From contig CAVTHO010000003.1 in the NCBI GenBank assembly GCA_963734545.1, forward strand, positions 288,001 to 352,000: a stretch of DNA of 64,000 nt, written 5' to 3'. The notes under the pieces were generated by a model. That model was not told the DNA's origin. It saw only the letters and a program-made list of their open reading frames with translations, and searched no databases. Positions 1 to 9,883 of this stretch are shown here, piece after piece (the first letter of the stretch is position 1; every line of letters starts with the position of its first letter). Source of the stretch: an uncultured Spirochaetota bacterium (lineage in GTDB: Bacteria; Spirochaetota; Spirochaetia; SZUA-6; Fen-1364). Both the position numbers and the translations under genes were made by a program.

Positions 1-2
1 TG

Positions 3-302
3 AGCGAACGGAACGCCAACAAGCTCTCGGTCCGCATGGAGCTGCAGGCAGATTTCCTGGCCGGCGTCTGGGCGCATTATGCCCGGGAGTCGAAAGGCTT
101 CATCGACTCGGCCGACATCGAGGAGGGGATCAACGCGGCCGGCGCGGTGGGTGACGACAGAATCATGAAGCGGACGCGGGGCAGCGTCGTGCCCGACGCA
201 TTCACCCACGGCACCTCGGAACAGCGCGTCCGCTGGTTCAGGAAGGGGCTGGAGACCGGGGATATCCGCCAGGGAGACACGTTCGGCGCCGCCAGGCTCT
301 GA
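3..302 (+). CDS. Neutral zinc metallopeptidase (YpfJ-like), C-terminal part, truncated by window start
   Basis: ELQADFLAGVWA, GDDRI and FTHGTSEQRVRWF motifs; frame is open back to position 3. Confidence 0.85.
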   Translation, partial: SERNANKLSVRMELQADFLAGVWAHYARESKGFIDSADIEEGINAAGAVGDDRIMKRTRGSVVPDAFTHGTSEQRVRWFRKGLETGDIRQGDTFGAARL

Positions 303-427
303 CAGTTCCCCGCCGCGCGCAATCCTGGCCAGGAAATGATGCCGGGCGCAAGGCCGCCGCTTCATTGGGTTTTTGCGTCCGCGAGTGTATAGTTAATGGT
401 ATGCCGGTGTCCGGGGGAGAACGACGC

Positions 428-2665
428 ATGAAGGTCTCTTGCAGGAAGTCCCTTCTGCTTGTCGTCGCCTTGACGGCCGTGGTGATGATCGCGGGCTGTC
501 CGCTCCCCTTCGAGTATAACGGCCCGGGCACGGGCACCTCCCACACCACAGATCCGAGCAGCCCCAGCATAACAGCCCCTGTGACGGTGTCCTATTCCGT
601 GCAGGGCGGGCCATCGGGGACCGTCGGGGACGGCGGTACCTTCTATGCGGGCGACACGATGACCGTGACCCTGTCCACCGCCACGGTGAGCGCTCTCATC
701 TTCTATACCGACGACGGGACTCCGCTCGCCCTCACCGGCCTGGGCTCGGCCAAAAAGATAAGCGCGTCGAGCGGAGAGATCACGATCACCCGGGCCACCT
801 CTCTCCAGTCCCTGGACATTCACGCCATTGCGATCGGCCCCAATATGCTGCCCAGTGCGGTTGTCCACGCGATTGTGGGTGTCAGCCCCTACCCGATCCT
901 TTCGATCACCCGGGACAACGCTTTCGCGAGCGAGGATGGGGGAACGGCGACCTTCACCATTACCTCCTCCAGCGCTCCGGCCAGTGACATCACCGTGAAC
1001 CTCGCGACCAGCGGCGACTATGAGTCGGGCGACGTGGCCGGCCTCCCCGCGTCGGGCTCGCCTCTCTCCGCGACGCTCCTCGCAGGCGCGACCACGATCA
1101 CTATTCCCATCACCGGGCAGCCGGATGCTGACCTCGTCAACGATACGGTCACCCTGATGCTCCAGGCCGGCTCGACAACGCCCCCTCTCTACACGGTTGG
1201 CGCGCCCGCGAGCGCGAACGTGGTGATTCAGGACAACCAGACGCCGAAGTACACGGTGACGTACGACGGCAACGGAAACACCGGCGGAAGCGTCCCGACG
1301 GACAGCAACAGCTACCTGCAGGGAGCGCCAGTTACCGTCAAGGGCAACACGGGCAGCCTGGTCAGGACAGCCTATGCCTTCACAGGCTGGAACACCCAAG
1401 CCGGCGGTGGCGGGACAACGTACACTGTTGGGGCAACTTTCCCGATGGGTACATCAAATGTGACCCTGTACGCGGTCTGGACGCCGACCTACACGGTGAC
1501 GTACAACGGGAACCTGAGCACCGGGGGCACAGTGCCGACCGACAGCAACAGCTATCTGTCCGGCGCAACGGTCACCGTGAAGCTTCCTGGCACAATGGTC
1601 AGAGCCGGATTCACCTTCAACGGGTGGAATACGGCTGCCGATGGGACCGGCACTCCTCGTGCCGCCGGCTCCACCATGACGATGGGATCGGCAAACGTAA
1701 CCTTGTACGCCATGTGGATAAGATATTTCGTGACGTACAACGGCAATGGAAATGACGGCGGCGGGGTGCCGATCGACGGCAATGGCTATCCCGCGGGCGG
1801 GACCGTGGCGGTTCTCGGTGCGGGCACTATGTCGCTCAGCACGGGCTTCTTCGTGGGCTGGAATACCGCCGCAAACGGGTCAGGAACAACCTATCTGGGC
1901 GGTCAGACGTTCACGATGGGCTCCGCAAACGTGACTCTCTATGCGATGTGGGCCATAGTGACCGGTACGACGCTCACCTCTGTTCCATTGAATGCGACGA
2001 ACGTCGTGGTTCCTGAAGGCGTCACGGACATTGGCACTGCCCTCAGGGATCTTCCCAACCTGGTCAGCGTGACCCTTCCGTCCACTCTTGCCACCGTCAC
2101 CCTTCAGGCCTTGTACGTGTGTCCCCAGCTGACCACGATCATCAGCAACAGCACGCGATTCCAGGTCATCAACGGGGCGTTGGTCGATACTGCAGCCAAC
2201 AGACTCATTCAGGTTCCCGTAAAGCTGAGCGGCGCATTTGCCATTCCCGCGGGAGTGACAAACATCGACGCTTACGCCTTCGGCGACTGCGCGAATCTCA
2301 CCAGTATCTCGATTCCCGCCTCCCTGACGACGATCAGCGGCAATGGCTTCTCCGGTCTGCACAGCTATATTCCTATTGTCCTTCCCTCTACGGTCACGAA
2401 CATCGGTGCCTACGCCTTCATATACAGCTGGGTCACGAGCATCACCATTCCCGCGAGCGTCACCTTCATCGGCACGAAAGCCATGGCAGGCAGCACGTAT
2501 CTCACGAATGTCTACATGGCAGCGAGCACCCCACCCACGCTTGGCGCGGCTGACGTGTTTTCTTCGTCCTCCCCGACCGTCCATGTGCCCACCGCCGCCG
2601 CGGTGGCCGCCTATCAAGCTAACGCGAACTGGGCTGCGAGCGGAGTCTCGATCGTGACCCCGTAG
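428..2665 (+). CDS. Surface lipoprotein with Ig/Fn3-like domains, three Listeria-Bacteroides (InlB B-type) repeats and a BspA-type LRR domain
   Basis: Signal peptide ending MIAG-C; three YTVTYxGN...FxGWNT...VTLYAxW repeats; C-terminal IPASVTxIGxxAF-type LRRs; SD-like GGGGAGA upstream of ATG 428. Confidence 0.85.
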   Translation: MKVSCRKSLLLVVALTAVVMIAGCPLPFEYNGPGTGTSHTTDPSSPSITAPVTVSYSVQGGPSGTVGDGGTFYAGDTMTVTLSTATVSALIFYTDDGTPLALTGLGSAKKISASSGEITITRATSLQSLDIHAIAIGPNMLPSAVVHAIVGVSPYPILSITRDNAFASEDGGTATFTITSSSAPASDITVNLATSGDYESGDVAGLPASGSPLSATLLAGATTITIPITGQPDADLVNDTVTLMLQAGSTTPPLYTVGAPASANVVIQDNQTPKYTVTYDGNGNTGGSVPTDSNSYLQGAPVTVKGNTGSLVRTAYAFTGWNTQAGGGGTTYTVGATFPMGTSNVTLYAVWTPTYTVTYNGNLSTGGTVPTDSNSYLSGATVTVKLPGTMVRAGFTFNGWNTAADGTGTPRAAGSTMTMGSANVTLYAMWIRYFVTYNGNGNDGGGVPIDGNGYPAGGTVAVLGAGTMSLSTGFFVGWNTAANGSGTTYLGGQTFTMGSANVTLYAMWAIVTGTTLTSVPLNATNVVVPEGVTDIGTALRDLPNLVSVTLPSTLATVTLQALYVCPQLTTIISNSTRFQVINGALVDTAANRLIQVPVKLSGAFAIPAGVTNIDAYAFGDCANLTSISIPASLTTISGNGFSGLHSYIPIVLPSTVTNIGAYAFIYSWVTSITIPASVTFIGTKAMAGSTYLTNVYMAASTPPTLGAADVFSSSSPTVHVPTAAAVAAYQANANWAASGVSIVTP
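1250..1951 (+). repeat. Three intragenic ~78-80 aa B-type repeats
   Basis: Units start at 1250, 1490 and 1724 and share gtgacgtac(g/a)acgg. Confidence 0.85.
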
Positions 2666-2707
2666 GGGTGATCAGCTGATGAACGCAGCTGCTGAAGGCA
2701 AAACGCC

Positions 2708-3439
2708 CTATCTTCTCTGCGCGGATATCTTGATGCTATAGCGATCGCTGCGGATGAATAATTCTGACAGAAGAACTGGAAGGCCTCGTTTATCGTGTAC
2801 GATCGTTCTGACATGCAAGAGGGGGTGGCCCTGGCGGCAGGAAAGGGTCTTGGCAAGCTGCGGAGTTGCCAGAATCGCCCTGACATCCTTCTCACCGTAG
2901 AGCAGGGCTATTCCGCTTGACTCCAGCTTGACGAACAGGGACTCGTTCTCGCCCAGCTCGGAAATCCGGGCCTGTTCGGCAATCGCCAGCGGCAGGAAAG
3001 TGTCGTCGCGCAGCAACACTTCATTGTCTACGTAGCGGATGCGTTGGAGGTGATGAATCGACGGCGCGGTCTGCTGAAGGTCCCGCGCCACATTGGGGAG
3101 ATCCACAACCTCGTTTGCCCTGACGACAGATCGGACCACCCGCCCTTGAGACTCCATTTCTTCGCTCAGCCCGGCGAGGTGCTCTTGATTACGGACGATC
3201 TGACGTTTGGCCGCAAAAGTACCTATCCCTCGCTCTTTGTACAACACGCGCTCGTCGGCGAGTTCGTCCAGGGCTTTGCGCAAGGTCATCCGGCTGACGC
3301 CGTAGAACGCTACAAGCTCGACCTCAGTTGGGATCTTTGCGCCGACCACCCACTCCCCGGAGTTGATCCTGGAAATAATGTCCTCTTTGATTTGGAAGTA
3401 CGCCGAAATGCCCTTCTTGAACGAAATACCAGATTTCAT
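2708..3439 (-). CDS. GntR-family transcriptional regulator (HutC/UTRA subfamily)
   Basis: wHTH IPTEVELVAFYGVSRMTLRKAL, RGIGTF, C-terminal UTRA-like domain. Confidence 0.92.
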   Translation of the reverse strand: MKSGISFKKGISAYFQIKEDIISRINSGEWVVGAKIPTEVELVAFYGVSRMTLRKALDELADERVLYKERGIGTFAAKRQIVRNQEHLAGLSEEMESQGRVVRSVVRANEVVDLPNVARDLQQTAPSIHHLQRIRYVDNEVLLRDDTFLPLAIAEQARISELGENESLFVKLESSGIALLYGEKDVRAILATPQLAKTLSCRQGHPLLHVRTIVHDKRGLPVLLSELFIRSDRYSIKISAQRR

Positions 3440-3466
3440 GGCAGGGTCCCCATATAGGCGAAAAGC

Positions 3467-4537
3467 TTATTCACCAGAGTCCGCACCTTGCAGTATCCCT
3501 GCTATATCGGCAGGCGTCGGCAGCGAAGGAATAACGCCTTCAATCTGCACTGCGTGCGCAGCGGCGGCTGAAGCGTAATCACCGATTGTCCGCAACTCAT
3601 TCGTGTCCAGCCGGGCGCCGCGGAGATTGGCTTTCAGAGAAATGGTTCTCGCCAGGAGGGCAGCCATATAGGCATCCCCGGCGCCTGTCGTGTCCACGAC
3701 ACGCTCTTCCGGCACTTTGGCGGCAGCGATGCGCTCATAAACAGTTCGCGAGCTGGCCAGAATTGAGCCCTTGCGCCCGTCGGTGAGTGCCAGGAGTCGC
3801 AGGTTGGGTGCATAGTCAAAAATCGCTTCCCAACGTGCGTTCTGAGCGCGGCTGTTGTGCAACACGAACTCCAATTCTCTCACATCAATCTTCAGTATGT
3901 CTACTAGTCGCAGTAGTCTGCGAATCTCCCATTGCGCTTCTGAGGAAGTCCGCCATAGACTTGCCCGAAGGTTGACATCGAAAGCGACTTGCACACCAGC
4001 GCGGCGCGCATAGTGCACCGCGGAAAAGCAGGTGGTTCGCAACGGCTTGGCCACGAGCGCCATCGAGCTCGTATAGAGGACGTGAGCGTTTCGGAGCGTG
4101 CGGAGAGGTACGTGCTGCCGGGCCAGGTAGGTGTTCGCGCAGGGGTGACGAAAGAACACATACTCAGGTACCCGCTGGGCATTCAGCGAGATGAACGCGA
4201 TCCCAGTTCGGCGTTTGGGATCTCGACTGACTGACGCCGTCCCGACGTTGAGAGTCTGCATGGTTTCCAGCAGAAAATCGCCAAAGGGATCGGTCCCTAG
4301 TCGTGTGACAATGCAGGCCGTCTTGCCGAGTCGCGACACTCCGGCGGCGACATTCCCTGCTGATCCTCCTGGGTACCGTCTGAACTGGATCGCTTCGGCA
4401 AGCCGCTGTTGCCCTGACGCAATGAAGTCGACCATCAATTCACCAAGGCACACCACATCGAACCGTTCGTTTCCTTCTGCAGGGATCCCGGTGACCTTTA
4501 CCCCAGACAGGGGAGCATCGGCCGTGTTGTTTCCCAT
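3467..4537 (-). CDS. PfkB-family carbohydrate kinase
   Basis: GGSAGNVA, FDVNLRASLW and DTTGAGDAY signatures. Confidence 0.92.
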   Translation of the reverse strand: MGNNTADAPLSGVKVTGIPAEGNERFDVVCLGELMVDFIASGQQRLAEAIQFRRYPGGSAGNVAAGVSRLGKTACIVTRLGTDPFGDFLLETMQTLNVGTASVSRDPKRRTGIAFISLNAQRVPEYVFFRHPCANTYLARQHVPLRTLRNAHVLYTSSMALVAKPLRTTCFSAVHYARRAGVQVAFDVNLRASLWRTSSEAQWEIRRLLRLVDILKIDVRELEFVLHNSRAQNARWEAIFDYAPNLRLLALTDGRKGSILASSRTVYERIAAAKVPEERVVDTTGAGDAYMAALLARTISLKANLRGARLDTNELRTIGDYASAAAAHAVQIEGVIPSLPTPADIAGILQGADSGE

Positions 4538-4587
4538 CCGCTTGTCTCCGCTCTGTTCACGATGATAGCCTTGCGTTCAACAGCCTC

Positions 4588-5289
4588 TTAGAAAAGATCC
4601 GCCCAATTCTCCCTGTTGTTGAAAGCAGCGGCGGTCTCTTCCAGGATCATATGCCCGGTCTTCATTACATAAACTCGATCCGATACTCGTAATGCCTGAG
4701 GTATGTTCTGCTCAACAAGCAATATGGCAGTTCCAAGGCTCTGCCGAATCTGAAGCAGGGTATCCATCAGCACCCCGACAAGGTGAGGCGATAGCCCCAA
4801 CGAGGGCTCATCCAGGAACAACAACTGTGGATTCGTGATCAGCGCCATTCCTATGCCCAACATGCGCCTCTCTCCCCCGCTCAGGGTCGAGGAATTCTGC
4901 CCCTGTCTCTCTTCCAATATTGGAAACACGCCATATATGTCCTTCAATCTGCTCGGAATATCAGCCACTCGCACGGTATAGGCCCCCAGCTCCAGATTCT
5001 CTCTGACGGTCAAACCCGGAAACGTGAATCTCTCCTGTGGTATGAAGCTGATCCCGTCTTTCACGTTGTCCCGCGGTGATCGCTGCGTGATGACCGTTCC
5101 GTTGAAGACCACGCTTCCTGAAAGCGGAGGCAGGATTCCGAAAACACTCGCCAGGGTTGTTGTCTTTCCCGCGCCGTTGTGTCCAAGAATGGAAACGATC
5201 TCGCCCTTGTCGATACCCAGGGACACACCATCAATCACGATTCGCTTCCCGTAGCCCGCCCGGAGGTCATTGACTTCCAACAACACCAT
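4588..5289 (-). CDS. livF: LIV-type ABC ATP-binding protein (LivF-like)
   Basis: GHNGAGKT, LSGGERRML, LFLDEPSLGL. Confidence 0.9.
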   Translation of the reverse strand: MVLLEVNDLRAGYGKRIVIDGVSLGIDKGEIVSILGHNGAGKTTTLASVFGILPPLSGSVVFNGTVITQRSPRDNVKDGISFIPQERFTFPGLTVRENLELGAYTVRVADIPSRLKDIYGVFPILEERQGQNSSTLSGGERRMLGIGMALITNPQLLFLDEPSLGLSPHLVGVLMDTLLQIRQSLGTAILLVEQNIPQALRVSDRVYVMKTGHMILEETAAAFNNRENWADLF

Positions 5290-5295
5290 CGTCTC

Positions 5296-7032
5296 CTATG
5301 TCGCTATCGCTTTCCTGCCAAAATACATCTCCACGAGCTCGTCATTTGACATGAGTTCCGACGGCGTACCCGAAGCTATGACGCGCCCTTGCGCCATGAA
5401 GTACGAGAAATCAGCCAGCTTGCTGACTATCTCCAGGTTGTGCTCAACGATGCAGATTGTCTTGCCGAAAGCCGCCAGGCGGCGAATGAGCGCCAGCTCC
5501 TTGTCGATTGCCGTCGGATCCGTTCCCGATGCCACTTCGTCCAGGAGAAGGATGTCCGCACCGGTAGCCAGCGCGCAGGCGAGCACCAGCATTTTGTGCT
5601 CGGCAAATGAGAGATTGGTGGCCAGTTCCCTGGCCTTGTCGCCAAGTCCGACAAAGTTGAGACTTGTCATCGCCCGCCGGATGCTTTTTCTGTCCTGCCG
5701 CGCCACTCTCCTGGGAAGGAAGAACAGAAATCGCAGCTTCTCGCCGTCCTGTTTAGGGCAGCCGAGCATGACGTTATCGAGTACGGACAGGTTCTTGAAG
5801 AAGCGAACCTCCTGAAATGTCCGGACGATCCCGAGGCGAGCCCTCGAAAATGGTGGTAGTTTCGTGATATCCAGGCCATAGAGATACACGCTGCCCGCAT
5901 CAGGCTTGATGAAGCCGGTAATGAGGTTGAAAACCGTGGTCTTGCCGGCGCCATTGGGACCGATCAGAGCAGTAATCCTGCCTTCCCTCAAGGCAAAGGA
6001 GGCATCGTTCACGGCCGTGACTCCGCCAAAATGCTTGCTCAGTCCCTTCACCTCAAGGGTCACATCCCCGTCGTGTCTGACTGAGTCATTCGTATGCCCG
6101 AGGATTTCTTCCTTGTAACTTTCTGATGACTCGAGTGAGGGGCTTGTGGTTCCGAATCCGCTATGCTCGGGCACCAGGCCCTGGGGCCTGAATCTCACGA
6201 ACAGAATCAACAGCAAACCATACATGCCGGCCTGGATCGTTCCTATTATCCCCTGACCTCCACTTGCGGATAATCGTATGAACCGAAGAGCTTCCGGCAA
6301 TGATATAAGAAGAAAGGCGCCAAGTATGGAACCCCACACGTTGGCAGATCCTCCGACAACCACCATGGCGACAATGAGAATCGATTGGTCGGCTGAGAAG
6401 CTCAAGGGACTGATGAACCTCGTGTAGACGGCAAACAGGTAGCCGCCAACCGCTGCCAGAGCGCCGCTCATGCCGAACACCAGAAGCTTGAATCGAGCGA
6501 TATTCTTCCCCAGGGCCACCGTTGCTAATTCATCCTCGCGTATGCCTTTGAGGACACGGCCGAAAGCCGAGTGCGTGGTCCGCCACACAACGAAGACACA
6601 GGGGATGAACAAGGCCAGTATCACGGGCAAGAACGATACGGGAGCAACGGGATGGTATCCGAAAAGGACGAAAGCGGGTATGCCAGAGAGCCCGCCTCCG
6701 CCTCCGGTGACACGTGACAACGTCACTATCAATCCGCTGACAAGATTCTGAATACCCAGCGTGAGAAGGATAACGAGGTCATTCTTGACTCGGAAAACAG
6801 GAAAGCTGACCAGGATACCGAACAGCCATGCGGAAGCAATGGCGATGAGAAGCACCAGGATAGAGCCGAGGCCGAGGTTGATCGCCAGGATTGCCGATAC
6901 ATATGCGCCGACGCCGAAAAAGGCCGCCTGGCTCATCGTAAGAACGCCGGTGTAGCCCTGGAGAAGATTGAGCGAAAGGGCCAGGATCGAGAAGATGAGA
7001 GCCAGATCTATTATATGGAATATGTAAGGCAT
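5296..7032 (-). CDS. Fused LIV-type permease/ATPase (LivM-LivG)
   Basis: N-terminal TM domain (LSLNLLQGYTG, RPQGL); C-terminal GPNGAGKT and LLLDE. Confidence 0.9.
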   Translation of the reverse strand: MPYIFHIIDLALIFSILALSLNLLQGYTGVLTMSQAAFFGVGAYVSAILAINLGLGSILVLLIAIASAWLFGILVSFPVFRVKNDLVILLTLGIQNLVSGLIVTLSRVTGGGGGLSGIPAFVLFGYHPVAPVSFLPVILALFIPCVFVVWRTTHSAFGRVLKGIREDELATVALGKNIARFKLLVFGMSGALAAVGGYLFAVYTRFISPLSFSADQSILIVAMVVVGGSANVWGSILGAFLLISLPEALRFIRLSASGGQGIIGTIQAGMYGLLLILFVRFRPQGLVPEHSGFGTTSPSLESSESYKEEILGHTNDSVRHDGDVTLEVKGLSKHFGGVTAVNDASFALREGRITALIGPNGAGKTTVFNLITGFIKPDAGSVYLYGLDITKLPPFSRARLGIVRTFQEVRFFKNLSVLDNVMLGCPKQDGEKLRFLFFLPRRVARQDRKSIRRAMTSLNFVGLGDKARELATNLSFAEHKMLVLACALATGADILLLDEVASGTDPTAIDKELALIRRLAAFGKTICIVEHNLEIVSKLADFSYFMAQGRVIASGTPSELMSNDELVEMYFGRKAIAT

Positions 7033-7059
7033 GCACTCTTCCTCTTGCTCCGGGTACTT

Positions 7060-7935
7060 CTATTTCCTGGGCTCGAAAATTCCCTGTGGCCTGACAAGCA
7101 CGATCAGGATGAGGATCGCGAACGTGATGACGATCTGCCATTGAGATGGTATGAAAACCAGGGGCACGTTTTGCGCAAGCCCAAGGAGGATGCCGCCCAC
7201 CACTGCGCCGGCGATGCTGCCGACTCCTCCCAGAAAGGTGACAATAATGCAGGAGAAGAATGGAGCCATGCCCATACTCGGAATAACGGCTCCCCCAAGA
7301 GAATAGAGAACTGCAGCGACAGCCGCCATTCCCGATCCCAAGCCGAAAGTCAGCAGGAACGTCCGGTTCTTGTTGATACCAATGATCTCGGACATTGTCG
7401 GGTTGCATGCAACAGCCCGCATTGTCTTGCCGGCCCCGCTCCGCGCCAGGTATATCTTGAGGGATAGAATAACGAGTCCGCTCAAGGCTATTTTGAGCGC
7501 CTGCGTGCTGTCAAATGCGATACCGCCGAAATTGAGGGACCTTGTCGTGAAGCCGCTGATTGTGCGATAGTTGGCACCGAACGCGAGCTGAATGAGGCTT
7601 TGCCCCAGGATCGCCGTTCCCATTGCCGATACAAAGATGCTGAATTGGGTGGCACCCAGCCGCCTGAGCGGAGAATAGATCCCACGCTCGATGAGGTATC
7701 CCACGGCGACTGCCGCCAGAATTGCCGCGAAGAAGCCTGCTGCGAGAGGAAGGCCCAGATTCGTTGTCGCGAACACGGCTGCGTATGCTGCAGACGTGAT
7801 AACGAGAATGTGCGCGAAATGGAATGTTCCCGTCGTGCTGTAGATGAGGCTCCAGCTCAGTCCGAAGAGAGCGTACAGCATTCCGCTTGAAAGCCCGTTC
7901 AACGCAAACTGCGCCAGCAGCATTGGCATCTGCAT
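7060..7935 (-). CDS. livH: LIV-type ABC permease (LivH-like)
   Basis: NGLSSGMLYAL, FHFAH, LGGVGS, RPQG. Confidence 0.88.
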   Translation of the reverse strand: MQMPMLLAQFALNGLSSGMLYALFGLSWSLIYSTTGTFHFAHILVITSAAYAAVFATTNLGLPLAAGFFAAILAAVAVGYLIERGIYSPLRRLGATQFSIFVSAMGTAILGQSLIQLAFGANYRTISGFTTRSLNFGGIAFDSTQALKIALSGLVILSLKIYLARSGAGKTMRAVACNPTMSEIIGINKNRTFLLTFGLGSGMAAVAAVLYSLGGAVIPSMGMAPFFSCIIVTFLGGVGSIAGAVVGGILLGLAQNVPLVFIPSQWQIVITFAILILIVLVRPQGIFEPRK

Positions 7936-8147
7936 TCGCTCCTTCTCAGGACTCCTTCACCAGCCACCGCGCCACCGCGATCGCCCCCACCTTATCAACA
8001 CGACGAGCGCCTGGCTACATGCACTTTCGTGATATTTTTGTCGTGTGCGCTTTAGAGCAATCATGTACAAGGCGGATGCCAGGTCCCGCACCCGATCTCA
8101 CAGACAGGTGCAGGATGACCGGCGAACCCAGCCAGCCTTCATGCCTC

Positions 8148-8181
8148 CCCTGCTGCCTGCAATGCACTGCTGGCAGCAGGG
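8148..8181 (-). terminator. Stem-loop downstream of the SBP gene (mRNA stabiliser or partial terminator)
   Basis: CCCTGCTGCCTGCA...TGCTGGCAGCAGGG inverted repeat with one mismatch; no strong U-tract. Confidence 0.5.
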
Positions 8182-8235
8182 CGAAGCTCTCATCATGTTC
8201 TTGTTCGACTTTCTACAAGCTGTGCACCATCGACT

Positions 8236-9390
8236 CTATTCGCTGCCCAGGAACACCCGTGCACTGTTCTGCCACTTGGAAAGCGCAATCGGCTTGGAGC
8301 ACGAGCCATCGTCGTTCAACGTGACTGTCGGGCCGAAAAGCGAGGGGAATGTCCGTATCTTCATGAGCGCATTTTCGAGCTGGGTCCCGTCAAAGGGATT
8401 TCCACTATTCTTCAGAACAAAGGCAACTGTATCACGCAGGATGTACATCAATTCGTAGTAGTTTGCGGAATAGTACTCCGCCTCCTCGCCATACTTCGCC
8501 TTGTACGCCGCCGCGAACTTCTTCGCCCAGTCATTCGCGGGTGCAAAGTAGTCTTCGGCCCAGATATAGCCCTCAAGCGTATCTCCGGCTATCTTGACGG
8601 ATCCCGGGTTCAGCTGGGTACCCCCGATGGGCACCGTAATCCCCATCTCTCGAGCCTGTCTGATGATGTACCCCTGGTCGGTTTCATAGGCAAAGATGAC
8701 CAGGGCATCCGGCTTGGCGGCCATTGCCTTCGAGATATATGAGCGGAAATCGGTGGTAACTGCGACCGGGTCGTACATCTCCTTGTCCACGATCGTCATC
8801 CCCAGCTGCGCAGCCAATGACTCGGTTGTGGACATCTCGCCCTTGCCTTCATTGTTGCCGCGATAGATGACCGATATCTTCTTGATTCCGGGCTGCTTGC
8901 CAAGATACTTGATCAAAGTAGGGCTGAGGCTCAGGCTCCGCGTGTTGTGCAGTCCCTTGACGTTGAGGAGATCCAGAGCGGCACCACCGCCGTTCATCAG
9001 GACAACATGGTTCTCCCAGGCGACCGGTGCAACGGTCAAGGTGATATTAGGCCACGAGCTATTGATCCAGGGGACCTGGTCCAGGGAAATCAGCTTCCGG
9101 GCGCCGTTGAGTCCCGCTGTCGCGTCTCCACTCTTCATGTCCTCGACGACGAGGGTCAATTTGAACGGTAAAGCGCCTGAGGCGTTGATCTCATCCAGCG
9201 CCAGCTGCTGACCTTGAGTCATGACTTTCCCGTAAAATGCCCCATCACCCGTCACTGCCATCAGCGCGCCGATTTTCATCTCTTTGGGAAGAGATGTCGT
9301 GGATTTCTCGGCACTCGGACCAGCAAAGCCGAAGGTTGCCACCACCACCAACACCAACAGAGCGATGAACCATCTCTTTCTCCCGTACAT
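8236..9390 (-). CDS. LIV-type ABC substrate-binding protein
   Basis: SD TAAGGAGG before ATG 9390; signal peptide MYGRKRWFIALL; KIGALMAVTG, LALDEINASG, DFRSYISK. Confidence 0.9.
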   Translation of the reverse strand: MYGRKRWFIALLVLVVVATFGFAGPSAEKSTTSLPKEMKIGALMAVTGDGAFYGKVMTQGQQLALDEINASGALPFKLTLVVEDMKSGDATAGLNGARKLISLDQVPWINSSWPNITLTVAPVAWENHVVLMNGGGAALDLLNVKGLHNTRSLSLSPTLIKYLGKQPGIKKISVIYRGNNEGKGEMSTTESLAAQLGMTIVDKEMYDPVAVTTDFRSYISKAMAAKPDALVIFAYETDQGYIIRQAREMGITVPIGGTQLNPGSVKIAGDTLEGYIWAEDYFAPANDWAKKFAAAYKAKYGEEAEYYSANYYELMYILRDTVAFVLKNSGNPFDGTQLENALMKIRTFPSLFGPTVTLNDDGSCSKPIALSKWQNSARVFLGSE

Positions 9391-9636
9391 TTCATGTACC
9401 TCCTTATAGAGATCTTTTGACCGGGCTTTCAGCGCGTGAGTACAGTTTCGGGGCGACTTCCTGCACGAGTTCACAACCGCCGGCTGCGTCGTTCGGGTTG
9501 GCCTCTGCCCCCTCTGGAGGGCCGGGTTCCGCGGGTCCCGGCAGGGAGGCTCGTCGGGTTCCTGCTCTGCAGCCGATGACTCCAGTTCGAACTGCCCCAC
9601 GCACCTCCTGACCGTCTACCTGTATAGACGTATGCT

Positions 9637-9665
9637 ATTCTACACGACTGTCCCCTCAGTGTCAA
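9637..9665 (-). promoter_or_regulatory. Sigma70 promoter for the ABC/kinase/GntR operon
   Basis: TTGACA-17 bp-TAGAAT on the minus strand. Confidence 0.75.
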
Positions 9666-9754
9666 GGCAGAAGTCGCGGGGATAACGGGAGGCATCGATG
9701 CGATGCCTCCAGGATCATGGAATCCGCATTGAAGAGGTCGCCTCGGCACATAAC

Positions 9755-9783
9755 TTGACAGCATGAATCCAGAGGTCTAATAT
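9755..9783 (+). promoter_or_regulatory. Sigma70 promoter for the E2 catalytic-domain gene
   Basis: TTGACA-17 bp-TAATAT. Confidence 0.72.
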
Positions 9784-9786
9784 GAG

Positions 9787-9802
9787 GTATGGACATCTAT
9801 AC
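9787..9802. promoter_or_regulatory. Putative GntR/HutC-type operator
   Basis: GTATGGACATCTATAC, an imperfect palindrome over the expected TSS; related motifs at 10613-10628 and 9621-9630. Confidence 0.6.
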
Positions 9803-9883
9803 ATTCTGTTTGCGGTGATTCTGTGAACTTCGAGCGCCAATTTGGCCATATCCATGGGTCTCTTGGAGAAAGGGAAGGACCAC

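Noticed and set aside
2666-2707. attL or integrase at the left island boundary
   Set aside because: No copy of the tRNA 3' end and no recombinase or transposase found in the window.
5296-7032. LivM-LivG fusion as a novelty
   Set aside because: Permease-ATPase fusions are common in LIV-type transporters.
9391-9600. 70-aa N-terminal extension of the SBP ORF
   Set aside because: A strong SD and a signal peptide define the start at 9390.
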